Source: an uncultured Acidobacteriota bacterium (GTDB lineage: Bacteria; Acidobacteriota; Vicinamibacteria; Vicinamibacterales; JAKQTR01). Taken from it: a DNA stretch of 64,000 nucleotides. A model generated the notes under the pieces. The model saw only the letters and a list, made by a program, of their open reading frames with translations, searched no databases and was not told the DNA's origin. Of this stretch, positions 40,557 through 50,986 are shown piece by piece; position 1 is the first letter of the stretch; each line of letters starts with the position of its first letter. The DNA is taken from contig CAWICP010000019.1 in the NCBI GenBank assembly GCA_963834645.1, positions 110,544 to 174,543 of the forward strand. Reading direction: 5' to 3'. The position numbers and the translations under genes are program-made.

Positions 40557-41475
40557 GAGCGGACCTGCGCACCCGGCCCTCCGACTGCTCTCGCGTTTCA
40601 GCCGCGAGATCGCCGATTTGACCGGCCGGGTGCTGCGCGCGACGGTGGCGGTGTCCGGGGCGACCTCCGACGGAGGCAGCAGCGGATCCGGCTTCTTCCT
40701 CGACACCCGCGGGCACATCGTCACCAACCATCACGTGATCTCGGACGTGCAGCCGCCGATCACGATTACGCTGCACGGCGGCGCCAAGGCCCTGGCGGGC
40801 GTGGTCGGCGTGGACCGGATCGCCGACATCGCCGTGCTCACGCTCGACGGCAAGTGGCCGCACGCCCTGAAGCTGCGGAGGTCGCGCGTCCGGACGGGGG
40901 AGCTGTGCCTGGCCGTCGGCAACCCGCTCGGGCGCTATCCCGAGTCGGTGACGATCGGCGTCGTGAGCGGGCTGGCCCGGACCGCGAGCGCCGGGCCCGG
41001 CCGGCCGCACTACGACCTGCTCCAGACAGACTGCGACATTCACGAGGGCAACTCGGGCGGACCGCTGGTGGACGTCGCGGGGCGCGTCATCGGGATCACC
41101 ACGCTGCTCGACTCCGAGTCGCCGTACATCGGGCTGGCCATTCCCGCGGACACCGTGAGGGCCGTCGTGCCCCAGTTGCTCGGCGCCGGGAGGGTGGAGC
41201 GGGCGACGCTGGGCGTGTCGGTCGCGAAGCGCAGCCTCGTGGTGGCGGGCCGCGAGGTGGCCGGCCTGGAGGTCGTCCGCCTGCTGCGTCAGCGCGGCCA
41301 GTCGTTGAAGGCCGGCGACGTCATCGTGAGCCTGGCCGGGCAGCCCGTGCCGGACCCGCCGTCGTTGTTCGCGCTGCTCGGCGGCGATCGGATCGGCCGA
41401 GCCACGCCGGCGGCGGTCCTCAGGAACGGGCGGCGCCTGTCGCTGACGGTCACGCCCTGGCGCCTGGAGCCCTGA
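40549..41475 (+). CDS. Trypsin-like serine protease with C-terminal PDZ-like region (HtrA/S1C-like), no obvious signal peptide
   Basis: ATG 40549 overlaps the upstream gene by 8 nt. The catalytic triad contexts are GHIVTNHHVI, DIAVLTLD and HEGNSGGPLVD. The C-terminal segment LEVVRLLRQRGQSLKAGDVIVSLAG is PDZ-like. Confidence 0.8.
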   Translation: MRRSGPAHPALRLLSRFSREIADLTGRVLRATVAVSGATSDGGSSGSGFFLDTRGHIVTNHHVISDVQPPITITLHGGAKALAGVVGVDRIADIAVLTLDGKWPHALKLRRSRVRTGELCLAVGNPLGRYPESVTIGVVSGLARTASAGPGRPHYDLLQTDCDIHEGNSGGPLVDVAGRVIGITTLLDSESPYIGLAIPADTVRAVVPQLLGAGRVERATLGVSVAKRSLVVAGREVAGLEVVRLLRQRGQSLKAGDVIVSLAGQPVPDPPSLFALLGGDRIGRATPAAVLRNGRRLSLTVTPWRLEP

Positions 41476-41490
41476 GGCCCCGGCGCCGCC

Positions 41491-42786
41491 TCAGCGTGGG
41501 GCTGGGAGGTCCTGTCGGGCGGCTTCCGCGGGCGTGATCCAGAACCACGCGAGCGCCGCGAGGACCGAGAGGCCGGCGGCAAGATGCAGCGCCGGCTCCC
41601 ACCCGAACATCTCTCCGATCATCGGCGTGAGCATGGGCGACACGACTCCGCCGATGTTGCAGCCGGTGTTCATGATGGCGCCGCCCGTGCCGCTGCGGTC
41701 GCCGGCCAGCCCCGCGACGGTGGTCCAGAACGGGCTCTCGACGCTCAGGACGAGGGCCGTGGCGACGGCCAGCGCCAGCGCGGCCATCCAGGCCTCCGTC
41801 GTGTGGGCGCCGATGGAGATGAACACGCCGGCGCCGCCCATGCCCACGATGGGAATCAGGCGCCGTCCCCACACCGGCCCGAGCCTGCCTTGCACGAGGC
41901 GATCGGAGATGACTCCGCCAAGAGGAATCGAGACGGCGGAAAGCACCCACGGCAGGCTGCTGATGAACGCGCCTTCGACCAGGCTGAAGTGCCGGACCTG
42001 GACGAGATACAGATAGAACCAGAAGATGAAGATGTACCCGACATAGCCCTGGAGCGTATAGCTCAGGGTCAGCAGGGCGAAGCCCGGCGCCTTCAGCAGG
42101 CGCACGACCACGCGGCCGTGGGTTTCGCGCCCGGTGACGCCCGCGGCGGCACGAGGCGATGACGTCGTGGCTGCTGGAGCGGGATCGCGGACGAGGAGCC
42201 AGATCACGGCGATCGACCAGCGCCGGGATCGCGGAGGCCACCATCGCGGCGCGCCAGCCCCACGGCACCATCACGGCGGTGATGAACGGCGGAGCGATCG
42301 CCGACCCGAGCCCCACCGAGCCGATGACGAACCCGTTGGCCCGCCCCATCGAGACCGGCGCGGTCCACCGCGACACCCCTTCGAGCGCGGCCGGGTAGGT
42401 GGGGAGGCCAGCACGCCCATCACGAAGCGGAGCGCCACGAGCATGCCGACCACGCCCATCATCGAACCGGCGGCGGCTCCCGCAGGCACGGCCGCCTGAA
42501 GGACCGTGACCGCGACCCAGCCCCACGCCAGCACCGACAGCGTGCGCTTCGCGCCCCACGTGTCGGCCATGAGGCCCCCGGGGAGCATCAGCAGCGTGTA
42601 GCCGGCGAGGAACGCGCTGAAGACACGGCCCATCTGGGTTTGCGTGAGGCCGTACTCCTGCATGACCAGGGCGCCGGCGACCGAGATGTTCACGCGGCAG
42701 AGGTAGGCCGCGGTGGCTGTGGCCGCGAGCAGCAGCACCAGGCCCCAGTGCGTGCGGGTGAGCGGCACGCCGGGCACGTGCGTCAC
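41491..42786 (-). pseudogene. MFS transporter, anion:cation symporter (ACS, hexuronate/aldonate-type) family; two frame breaks (~42402, ~42215)
   Basis: GTG 42786 overlaps the GH29 stop (GTGA). The first piece is LCRVNISVAGALVMQEYGLTQTQMGRVFSAFLAGYTLLMLPGGLMADTWGAKR. It continues as YPAALEGVSRWTAPVSMGRANGF. The last piece is IAVIWLLVRDP...YVGYIFIFWFYLYLVQVRHFSL...VISDRLVQGRLGPVWGRR (ORF 41491..42207). Confidence 0.8.
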
Positions 42787-44339
42787 TCGAGCGCCGGGGC
42801 GCCGTGCAGCGGGGCGGCCATCAGATGCAGGCTGAGGGCGGAGACGGCGGGCGTGCCGCGCGTCTGCACGATGGTCAGCCGGAGGCGTGCGTCATGGTGC
42901 GCCGCGTCGATCCGCACCTCCGGGAAGCGCAGCAGGCGTTTGTAGCCGATGGTCGTGCCCTGCGCGAATTCGCGGCACTCGCCGGCCGCGCAGACCTCGA
43001 GCGTGAAGGCCTCGACGCGCTGGCCCTGCCGGATGTCCTCCTGCAGGAGGGCGACGTCGAACCGGCGGCCGGCGGCGATGGGCACCTCGTAGCGGACCGG
43101 CCCACCCTCGACCGACACTCGCTGCGGCGGCCGGGCCTCGGCCGCGGGGGAGGCGAACGTGCGGTCGAGCGCCGCGCGCATGCCCATGAGGCTCGTCACG
43201 TCGGCATCGGCGATGCGCCCGCGCGTGTCCGGCGGCACGTTGAGCAGCAGCAGCCCGTTGCGCCCGACCGAGCTGAAGTAGATGTCGACCAGCTTCTCCG
43301 GTGTCTTGACCTGGCCGTCCTGCTTCGCATGGTAGAACCAGCCGGGCCTGATCGAGACGTCGGTCTCCGCCGGGTACCACGCGAGCACGGAGGCCGTCCG
43401 GATCGCCTCGCGGCTGCCGAGGTCCTTCGCGGTCAGGTCGCCCGGCACGAAGGCGTCATCGAGCGGATGGGGAGACTCCCGGCGCGGCGCCGCGCCCTCG
43501 CGCAGCGTGAGCGGCACGACGCTCCATTCGGTCTCGCGGCCGTAGCCCGACTCGGTGCCCACCCAGCGCACGTCGGGCGCCATCCCGAAGATGACCGCGC
43601 CGGGCTGGAGTTCCCGCACCACGCGGTAGTACGACGGCCAGTCGTAGACCTGGCGCTTGCCGTTCGGCCCCTCGCCCATCGCGCCGTCGAACCAGACCTC
43701 GGCGATCTCGCCGTATCCGGTGAGCAGTTCGCGGAGCTGCGCCCGGAACAGCTCGTTGTAGCGCGGCGAATCGCCGTAGCTCGGCTCGTGGCGGTCCCAC
43801 GGCGAGACGTAGACCCCGAAGGCCAGGCCCGCTTCCCGGCACGCCCGGGCCACTTCGGCCACCACGTCGCCGTTCCCGTTTCTCCAGGGGCTGCTCTTCA
43901 CGCTATGGGTCGTCGTGGCGGTCGGCCACAGGCAGAACCCGTCGTGGTGCTTGGCGGTCAGGATGAGCAGTTTCATCCCGGCGGCCTTGAAGACCTGCAC
44001 CCACTGGCGCGCGTCGAAGTCGGTTGGATTGAACAGGGCGGGCGATTCCTTGCCGTCGCCCCACTCGCGGTCGGTGAACGTGTTCATGCCGAAGTGCGCG
44101 AAGGCGATGAACTCGCGCGCCTGCCAGGCGAGCTGGTTCGGCGAGGGCGCGACGCGGGACGCTTTGGCGACGATGCGATCGAGCGGCTCGCCCGGAGTGA
44201 TGGTGACGAACCGGACCGACGCTGGCGGCTCTTGCGCCTGTGGCGGTGCGCCGCGCGGGGCGAGGGACGCCGACGGCGGAGACGAGCGCGCGGCAGCGGC
44301 GGCCGCGAGAAGGAGGGCGAGATGCGTGAATGGGTTCAT
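42783..44339 (-). CDS. GH29 alpha-L-fucosidase with C-terminal beta-sandwich (discoidin-like) domain
   Basis: The ORF is intact. ATG 44339 (MNPFTHLALLLAAAAAA signal peptide) overlaps the upstream stop (ATGA). GH29 blocks include FIAFAHFGMNTFTDREWG, AGMKLLILTAKHHDGFCLWPT, YVSPWDRHE, EVWFDGA and GNGLLLLNVPPDTRGRI. Confidence 0.88.
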   Translation of the reverse strand: MNPFTHLALLLAAAAAARSSPPSASLAPRGAPPQAQEPPASVRFVTITPGEPLDRIVAKASRVAPSPNQLAWQAREFIAFAHFGMNTFTDREWGDGKESPALFNPTDFDARQWVQVFKAAGMKLLILTAKHHDGFCLWPTATTTHSVKSSPWRNGNGDVVAEVARACREAGLAFGVYVSPWDRHEPSYGDSPRYNELFRAQLRELLTGYGEIAEVWFDGAMGEGPNGKRQVYDWPSYYRVVRELQPGAVIFGMAPDVRWVGTESGYGRETEWSVVPLTLREGAAPRRESPHPLDDAFVPGDLTAKDLGSREAIRTASVLAWYPAETDVSIRPGWFYHAKQDGQVKTPEKLVDIYFSSVGRNGLLLLNVPPDTRGRIADADVTSLMGMRAALDRTFASPAAEARPPQRVSVEGGPVRYEVPIAAGRRFDVALLQEDIRQGQRVEAFTLEVCAAGECREFAQGTTIGYKRLLRFPEVRIDAAHHDARLRLTIVQTRGTPAVSALSLHLMAAPLHGAPALE

Positions 44340-45572
44340 GCGTATTGTCCTGCCACCCAGCCCGAAGACCAGGCCCACTGGAAATTGTATCCGCCCAGCC
44401 ACCCGGTCACGTCCACGACTTCTCCGACGAAGTACAGGCCCGGTACCTCGCGGGCCTCCATCGTCTGCGAAGACAGCGCGTGTGTGTCGACGCCTCCGAG
44501 CGTGACCTCGGCTTTCGAGAACCCGAGCGTGCCCGACGGCATCAGCGTCCAGGCGTTGAGCGCGCGCGCCATCTTCTCGCGGGCCGGCAAGGGATACTCG
44601 TCAATCCGGCCCGTCCAGCCGTGCAGGCCGCACCATCCGTGCGCGAGGCGGCGGGGGAGCGCCTCGGACAACAGGTTCGGGAGGACGGCCCGGCTGCCGG
44701 CGCGCTCCGCGAGCCAGGCGCGGGCGTCGTGTCCCGGCAGCAGATCGAGTTCCACCGGCGCACGCGAGCCTGGGGCGTAGGACTGAAACTGCCAATAGCT
44801 CGAAATCTGGAGGATGGCCGGGCCGGACAGCCCTCGATGCGTCACCAGCGCGCGCTCGGCGAATCGCGGCGCCCGGCGGCCCGTCCCGCAGCGAACGACC
44901 GACTCGAACGCGACGCCGGCGAGGGGCGTCAGGGCGGCCATCTCCTCCGGGGCGAGCGCGAGCGGGACCAGGGCGGGCCGGGGCGCCACGACGGGGATGC
45001 CGAACTGTTCGGCCACCGCGTAGCCGAACGGCGTGGCGCCGAGCAGCGGAACGGCCAGTCCGCCGGTGGCGATGACAACGGATGCGCACCGCCATGTGCC
45101 CTGGTCGGTGACCACGTCGAAGCGCGCGCCGTGCGGCGAGGGCGGCGACGTGCCGGCGGCGCCGGTCGGGGCGATACGATCGACGGCGCACGGGTGTACG
45201 AGCCGCACGCCGGCTGCGTCGCAGTCTCGCCGCAGCAGCCCGAGAATGTCGTGTGAAGACCGGTCGCAAAACAGTTGCCCGTGCTGCTTCCTCGTGGTAG
45301 GGAACGCCATGGCGCTCGACAAGCGCGATGAAGCGGTCGGGCGGGTACCGGGCCAGCGCCGAGCGGCAGAACCCGGGGTTCTGCGAGAGATAGTGTTCCG
45401 CCCCGGCGTGCCGGTTGGTGAAGTTGCAGCGCCCGCCCCCCGACACGCGAATGCGCTCGCCGATCGTGCGCCAGTGATCGACGAGCACGACGCGCCGGCC
45501 GCGGCGGCCGGCTTCGGCGGCCGCCATCATGCCGGCCGCTCCGGCGCCGATGACGACGACGTCCACGTCCAT
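44336..45572 (-). pseudogene. BaiN/HI0933-like FAD-dependent flavoprotein; one frame break (~45290)
   Basis: ATG 45572 opens MDVDVVVIGAGAAGMMAAAEAGRRGRRVVLVDH...RVSGGGRCNFTN...GVPYHEE. It continues as KQHGQLFCDRSSHDILGLLRRDC...VVIATGGLAVPLLGATPFGY...THRGLSGPAILQISSYW...EVTLGGVDT...GLYFVGEVVDVTGWLGGYNFQWAWSSG (ORF 44336..45322). Confidence 0.8.
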
Positions 45573-45780
45573 GGCGAAACGCCGCCGATGGTAGCACGCG
45601 GGCGCGCTTGTCAGCCCGGGCGCCATCGCGTATTCTCGGAGATGAGCGGTCGTGCGGGCCGCCCTGCGCAGGTCACGAACCCGTACCTACTGGAGCCCCC
45701 ATCCATGGAACAGGTGACGGCGGAACGCCGCGCGTTCGGACGACCCCAACGACATCTACGCGAACCCTCCCGATCCCGAC

Positions 45781-46596
45781 GTGCTCGAACTCGAGCCGGT
45801 GCACCCGGGCATCAGAGACGAGGCGTACGTGGCCCGGCGCCGCGACCTGTTCGCCCTGTGCCGGGAGCACCGGTTGGGCAGCCTCGGGCCGCCCGTCATC
45901 GACTACACCCCCGAGGAGCAGCGCATCTGGCGCGAGGTGTCCCCGAAGCTGGACGAGCTCCACCAGCGCCACGCGAGCCGGATCTACCTCCAGGCCAAGC
46001 GGGACCTCGGGATCAGCGCGGCCGAGATCCCGCAACTGCGAACCCTGAGCGGCCAGCTGCAGCGGATGAGCGGCATGCACCTCATCCCGGCGGAAGGGCC
46101 GATCGCGTACCGGATCTTCTACGCGTACATCGCCGAGCGCGGATTCCCGTGCACCCAGTTCATCCGGCACGGCTCGAAGCCGGAGTTCACCCCCGAGCCG
46201 GACATGATTCACGATTGCCTGGGGCACGTACCGCCGCTCGTGAATCACGACTATGCCGGACTGCTGACGACCATCGGCCGGGCCGCCGTGCGGGCGGCAT
46301 CGGGCGACCACGTGCTCGCGCTGAAGCGCCTCAGCTGGTTCTCCATCGAGTTCGGCCTCATCGAGGAGGCCGGCGAGACGCGCATCTTCGGCGCGGGCAT
46401 CCTCTCGTCGACAGGCGAGATGCCGTTCTCGTTGTCGACCGACGTCGAGCGCCGGCCCTTCGTCACCGGCGAGGTCATCGAGACCGATTACGACTGGACG
46501 AAGATGCAGGAACGGCTGTTTGTCATCCCGTCGTTCGGGTTCCTCCGGCGCGAGGTCTCGGATCTCGTGGCCCGGCTGGGCATCGATGTGACGTAG
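45781..46596 (+). CDS. phhA: Phenylalanine-4-hydroxylase (bacterial aromatic amino-acid hydroxylase); true start may lie upstream
   Basis: The 271-aa ORF starts at GTG 45781. Recognised blocks are YTPEEQRIWREV, IPAEGPIAYRIFYAYIAERGFPCTQFIRHGSKPEFTPEPDMIHDCLGHVPPL and WFSIEFGLIEE...IFGAGILSSTGE. The frame is open back to 45718. ATG 45706 in another frame could be the start if one more indel is present. Confidence 0.85.
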   Translation: MLELEPVHPGIRDEAYVARRRDLFALCREHRLGSLGPPVIDYTPEEQRIWREVSPKLDELHQRHASRIYLQAKRDLGISAAEIPQLRTLSGQLQRMSGMHLIPAEGPIAYRIFYAYIAERGFPCTQFIRHGSKPEFTPEPDMIHDCLGHVPPLVNHDYAGLLTTIGRAAVRAASGDHVLALKRLSWFSIEFGLIEEAGETRIFGAGILSSTGEMPFSLSTDVERRPFVTGEVIETDYDWTKMQERLFVIPSFGFLRREVSDLVARLGIDVT

Positions 46597-46710
46597 GCGG
46601 GCGGCCGGCCCAATCGCGCGCGGCCCGCGTTTCGGATACACTGAAGTTCTGCCGGGCCTGCATGCCGGGCCACCGTGCGCCCGGCGCCAACGCTTTCCAA
46701 GGTGTTCCTG

Positions 46711-49581
46711 ATGACTGTCTCCCGACCCGTGAGAACCCTGCTCGCCGCCTTCGTGCTGCTGGCGGCCGCCTCGATCGCGGCCGCGCAAACCGCTGTCCAG
46801 ACCCCCGCCCGCAAGCAGGCGCCGCTGGCGGTCGCGCCGTTGCCGTCGGCGACCGAGCGCGTGCCGGTCGATCCCCGCATCATCATCGGCCGGCTGGAGA
46901 ACGGGCTGCGCTACTACATCCGGCGCAACCCCCGGCCCGCGAAGCGCGCCGAACTGCGCCTGGTCGTCAACGCCGGGTCGGTCCTCGAAGACGACGACCA
47001 GCTCGGCCTGGCGCACGTGGTCGAGCACATGGCGTTCAACGGCACGAAGCACTTCGCCGGCCAGGAAATCACGGGCTTCATGGAGTCCATCGGCATGCAG
47101 TTCGGGCCGAGCCTGAACGCGTTCACGACGTTCGACGACACGACCTTTCTGCTGACCGTGCCCACCGATCGCAAGGAGATTCTCGAGAAAGCGTTCCTCA
47201 TCATGGAGGACTGGGCGCACAATCTCACGTTCGACGGGCGGGAGATCGACAAGGAACGGGGCGTCATCGTCGAGGAGTGGCGCCAGGGGCGCGGGGCGGC
47301 GGCCAGACTCCAGGACCAGCTGTTTCCCGATCGTGCTGAAGGGATCGCGCTACGCGGCGCGCAGCCCGATCGGCACGAAGGAGTCGCTCGACACCTTCTC
47401 GCACGACCGGCTCAAGCAGTTCTACCGGGACTGGTACCGCACGGACCTGATGGCCGTGGTCGCCGTCGGCGATTTCGATCCGCCCGTCATCGAGCGCATG
47501 ATCAAGGAGCGGTTCGGGTCCATCCCGGCGCCGGTTGGACCCAAGCCGAGGCCGGCCTACCCGGTGCCCGACCACCCCGGCACCCGCTACGCGATCGCGA
47601 CCGACCCGGAGCTGCCGGCCGCGTCGCTGACGATCTTCAAGAAGCTGCCGATCCGCGAGCAGGCGACGGTCCTCTCCTACCGCGAGCGCATCATCGACCA
47701 CCTGTACGCGGCGATGTTCAACGCGCGGCTCAACGAGCTGAGCCAGCGCGCGGACGCGCCGTTCATCGGCGCCGGCGTGGATCGGGGCATCTTCGTGCGG
47801 ACGGCGGAAGTGGCGATGCTCTCGGCGATGACCCAGCCCGACCGGATAGGTCGAGCACTCGAAGCGCTCGTGACCGAGGCGGCGCGGGTCGAACGCCACG
47901 GGTTCACCGCCACGGAGTTCGAGCGCGAGAAGCGGAACCTGCTGCGCGGCTACGATCAGGCGCTCGCCGAGAACGACAAGGACGAGTCGGCCCCGCTCGC
48001 GGCGGAGTACATCCGGAACTTCCTGACCGACGAATCGCTCCCGGGGATCGCGTGGGAGCACGAGATGCACCTGAAGTACCTCCCGGGCATCACGCTCAAG
48101 GAGGTCAACGCGCTGGCGACGGTGTGGAACGGCGACAACAGCCGCGTCGTGGCGATCTCGGCCCCCAGCCGGCCCGGCCTGGCCATCCCGACGGAAGCCG
48201 ATCTGGCGCGCATCGTCGGATCGGTGTCGCCGGCCGCGGTGACCGCCTACGTGGACACCGTTCCTGACGCCGTGCTCATGGCGAAGCCTCCCGCGCCCGG
48301 CGCGATCACCTCGGAGAAGACCATTCCCGAGGCCGGCATCACCGAGTGGACGCTGTCAAACGGCGCCCGCGTCGTGCTGCATCCGACCACGTTCAAGCAG
48401 GACGAGGTGTATATCCGCGCCATCAGCCCGGGCGGCGCCTCGCTGGTGCCCGATGCGGACTACGTGGCGGCCGCCACCGCCGCCCAGGTCGTCTCGTCGG
48501 GGGGCCTGGCCGGCTTCGATGCCGTCACCCTCGACAAGGTGCTGGCCGGGAAGGTGGCCACCGTGCTGCCGTTCTTCGAGGAGTCGTTCGAAGGGCTGGC
48601 CGGCGGAGGGTCGGCTCGCGATCTCGAGACGCTGCTGCAGCTGATGCACCTCCGGTTCACGCAACCCCGGGCCGACGCCACCGCGTTCGGCGTCATGGTG
48701 GACCAGGCGAAGTCGCTGGCCGCGAATCGCCGCTCCGATCCCGACACCATCTTCGAAGACACCGTGTCGGCCATCGTCTGGCAGAACCACTTCAGGAAGC
48801 GGCCGCTGTCGGCCGAGGTCGTCTCGGAGATGAACCTCGAGAAGTCGTACGCGTTCTACAAGGACCGGTTCGCCGACGCCGGCGACTTCGTGTTCGTGTT
48901 CGCGGGCAGCTTCGATCCCGCCGCCATCCGGCCCCTCGTCACCCGCTACCTCGCCTCGCTGCCGTCCACCGGACGGAAGGAGAGCTGGAAAGACACCGGC
49001 ATCAGGACGGCGCGCGGCGTCGTCGAGAAGCTCGTCGAGAAGGGGATCGAGCCGCAGAGCCGGGTGCGCGTGGTCTTCTCCGGCCCCTTCAGGTGGGACC
49101 CCACCCAGCGGACGCTGCTCCGCGTGCTGGGCCTGATTCTCGAGGGGCAGCTCGGCGCCGTGCTGCGCGAGGACCAGTCGGGGACCTACGGCGTGAAGGT
49201 GACCACCGCCAGCGACAAGATCCCGACGCCGTCCTACGCCCTGTCGATCGACTTCAGCTGCGCGCCCGAGCGGACCGAGGACCTGGTGAAGCGCCTGTTC
49301 CTGGAGTTGTCGCGCGTGCGGATGGAGGCGCTCTCGGAGCCGTACGTCCGGGGCGTGCGCGAGGCGCTGGCGCGGGAGTTCGAGACCGACTCCCACGAGA
49401 ACCGCTGGGCGGTGGCCCGGATCACCGAAGCCTACGAGAACGGCGACGACGTCAGGGACGTGCTCAAGGCCCCGGCTCTTCAACACGACGCTGTCGGCGG
49501 CCATGATCCAGGATGCCGCGCGGCTGTACCTGGACACCCGGAACTTCGTGCGGGTGACGCTGATGCCGGAGAAGAAATAGC
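46711..49581 (+). pseudogene. Large secreted M16-family zinc protease (PqqL-like, ~955 codons); two frame breaks (~47328, ~49478)
   Basis: ATG 46711 is followed by a signal peptide (LLAAFVLLAAASIAAAQT) and the zinc motif GLAHVVEHMAFNGT. After the first break it reads IVLKGSRYAARSPIGTKESLD...LMAVVAVGDF. A second M16 half reads VVLHPTTFKQDEVYIRA.... After the last break it reads FNTTLSAAMIQDAARLYLDTRNFVRVTLMPEKK, stop TAG 49579-49581. Confidence 0.85.
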
Positions 49582-49588
49582 CGGTGCG

Positions 49589-49608
49589 TCGAGGCTGAAG
49601 CCTCGACC
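49589..49608. terminator. 8-bp perfect hairpin just after the M16 protease stop
   Basis: The hairpin is gtcgaggc tgaa gcctcgac. It lies between convergent genes. Confidence 0.5.
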
Positions 49609-49624
49609 TCCATTCAGATGGAGC

Positions 49625-49646
49625 CCGGGGGCTTCAGCCCCCGGGG
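49625..49646. terminator. 9-bp perfect GC hairpin just after the dehydrogenase stop
   Basis: The hairpin is cccgggggc ttca gcccccggg. It sits 3 nt from the stop of the minus-strand gene at 49649. Confidence 0.5.
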
Positions 49647-49648
49647 AG

Positions 49649-50572
49649 TCAGTTCACCTTGAAGGTCGTGTCGCCCTTCTCGAAGAAGTTGACAATCTGT
49701 CTCGCGGCGGCCAGGCCGGCGTTGATGTTGGCCTCGGCCGTCTGCGCGCCCATCTTCTTGGCCGTGAAGCAGTAGCGTCCCTGGTACTTCGCGGCGAACT
49801 CGGCCGCGCATGCCGGAGCCACGTCGGCGCCGTACATGAAGTCCGGCCGCTCCTCCATCACCTGGAGCAGGCCTGCCTCGTCAATCACCTCGGCCCGGGC
49901 GGTGTTGATGAGGGTGCCGCCTTTCTTGAACTTCGAGAGCAGGGCGGCATTGACGGACTGCACCGTGTCCTTGGTCTTGGGCAGGTGCAGCGACACGTAG
50001 TCGCACGTGGAGTAGAGCTCGTCGGCCGTCCCGACGGGCGTCACGCCTTCGGCCTTCATCTTCTCGGCAGGCACATACGGATCGAACGCCAGCGCGTCCA
50101 TCCCGAAGCCCCTCGCGATCATCGCGACGTACTTGCCGACGTTGCCGTACGCGTGGATGCCGATCTTCTTGCCGCGCAGTTCGGTGCCGTCCTTGCCGCT
50201 GAACCCCCGGCGGGCCAGGGTGATCATCAGGCCGAAGACGAGTTCCGCGACGGCGTTCGAATTCTGGCCGGGCGTGTTCATGGCGACCACGCCGCGGGCG
50301 GCCGCGGTCTTGAGGTCGATGTTGTCGTACCCGGCGCCGGCGCGGACGACGATCTTCAGGTTCGTCGCCGCCTGCAGCACCTCGGCGTCCACGATGTCGC
50401 TGCGGATGATCAGGGCGTCGGCGGCCGCGACCGCCTTCAGGTAGTCGGCTTTGTCCTTGTAGCTCTCGAGCAGCGTCAGGGCGTAGCCGGCTTCACGGAA
50501 GATCTCGGCGATGCCGGCGACGGCGACCTTGGCGAAGGGCTTCTCGGTCGCGACCAGCACGTGCTTGGACAT
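49649..50572 (-). CDS. D-isomer-specific 2-hydroxyacid dehydrogenase (short SerA-like)
   Basis: This is an intact 307-aa ORF. It has RAGAGYDNIDL, the NAD motif IGIHAYGNVGKYVA, and LINTARAEVID with a catalytic His/Glu/Arg context. Confidence 0.85.
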   Translation of the reverse strand: MSKHVLVATEKPFAKVAVAGIAEIFREAGYALTLLESYKDKADYLKAVAAADALIIRSDIVDAEVLQAATNLKIVVRAGAGYDNIDLKTAAARGVVAMNTPGQNSNAVAELVFGLMITLARRGFSGKDGTELRGKKIGIHAYGNVGKYVAMIARGFGMDALAFDPYVPAEKMKAEGVTPVGTADELYSTCDYVSLHLPKTKDTVQSVNAALLSKFKKGGTLINTARAEVIDEAGLLQVMEERPDFMYGADVAPACAAEFAAKYQGRYCFTAKKMGAQTAEANINAGLAAARQIVNFFEKGDTTFKVN

Positions 50573-50647
50573 GGAACCTCCTGGGATGGATCCCTCGAGG
50601 GGCAGGGGGCGGGCAGAGAGACTATAGCGCCACAGGCGGCGCAGCCG

Positions 50648-50986
50648 CTAGTCGGGGAAGGCGAAGATCCGGTCCATGAGCCTCCACTTCGCGCCCGGGG
50701 GACCGCCGGGGACAGCCTGCTGGTAGCGCCACATCAGCGCCTCCCACGCCTGGACCCGATCGCTTGCGGCGTCGGCCGCCGCCTTCGCCTCGAAGCTGAA
50801 GCGGTCGTCGACCTCCATGACCATCAGCAGGCGGTTCTCGAGGCGGTAGATCTCCATCGAGAGGATGCCGGACGAGGCGATGCTCTCGAGGATCTCGGGC
50901 CAGACCTTGCGGTGGTACGCCTCGTACTCCTCGATGAGGCGGACATCGTCCTTGAGATCGAGCGCGAGGCAGTAGCGTCTAGCCAT
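50648..50986 (-). CDS. RhaM-family (DUF718) deoxy-L-sugar mutarotase
   Basis: ATG 50986 opens MARRYCLALDLKDDVRLIEEYEAYHRKVWPEILESIASSGILSMEIYRLENRLLMVMEVDD...WEALMWRYQ. It is collinear with my recollection of E. coli RhaM/YiiL. It overlaps the permease 3' end by 8 nt. Confidence 0.8.
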   Translation of the reverse strand: MARRYCLALDLKDDVRLIEEYEAYHRKVWPEILESIASSGILSMEIYRLENRLLMVMEVDDRFSFEAKAAADAASDRVQAWEALMWRYQQAVPGGPPGAKWRLMDRIFAFPD

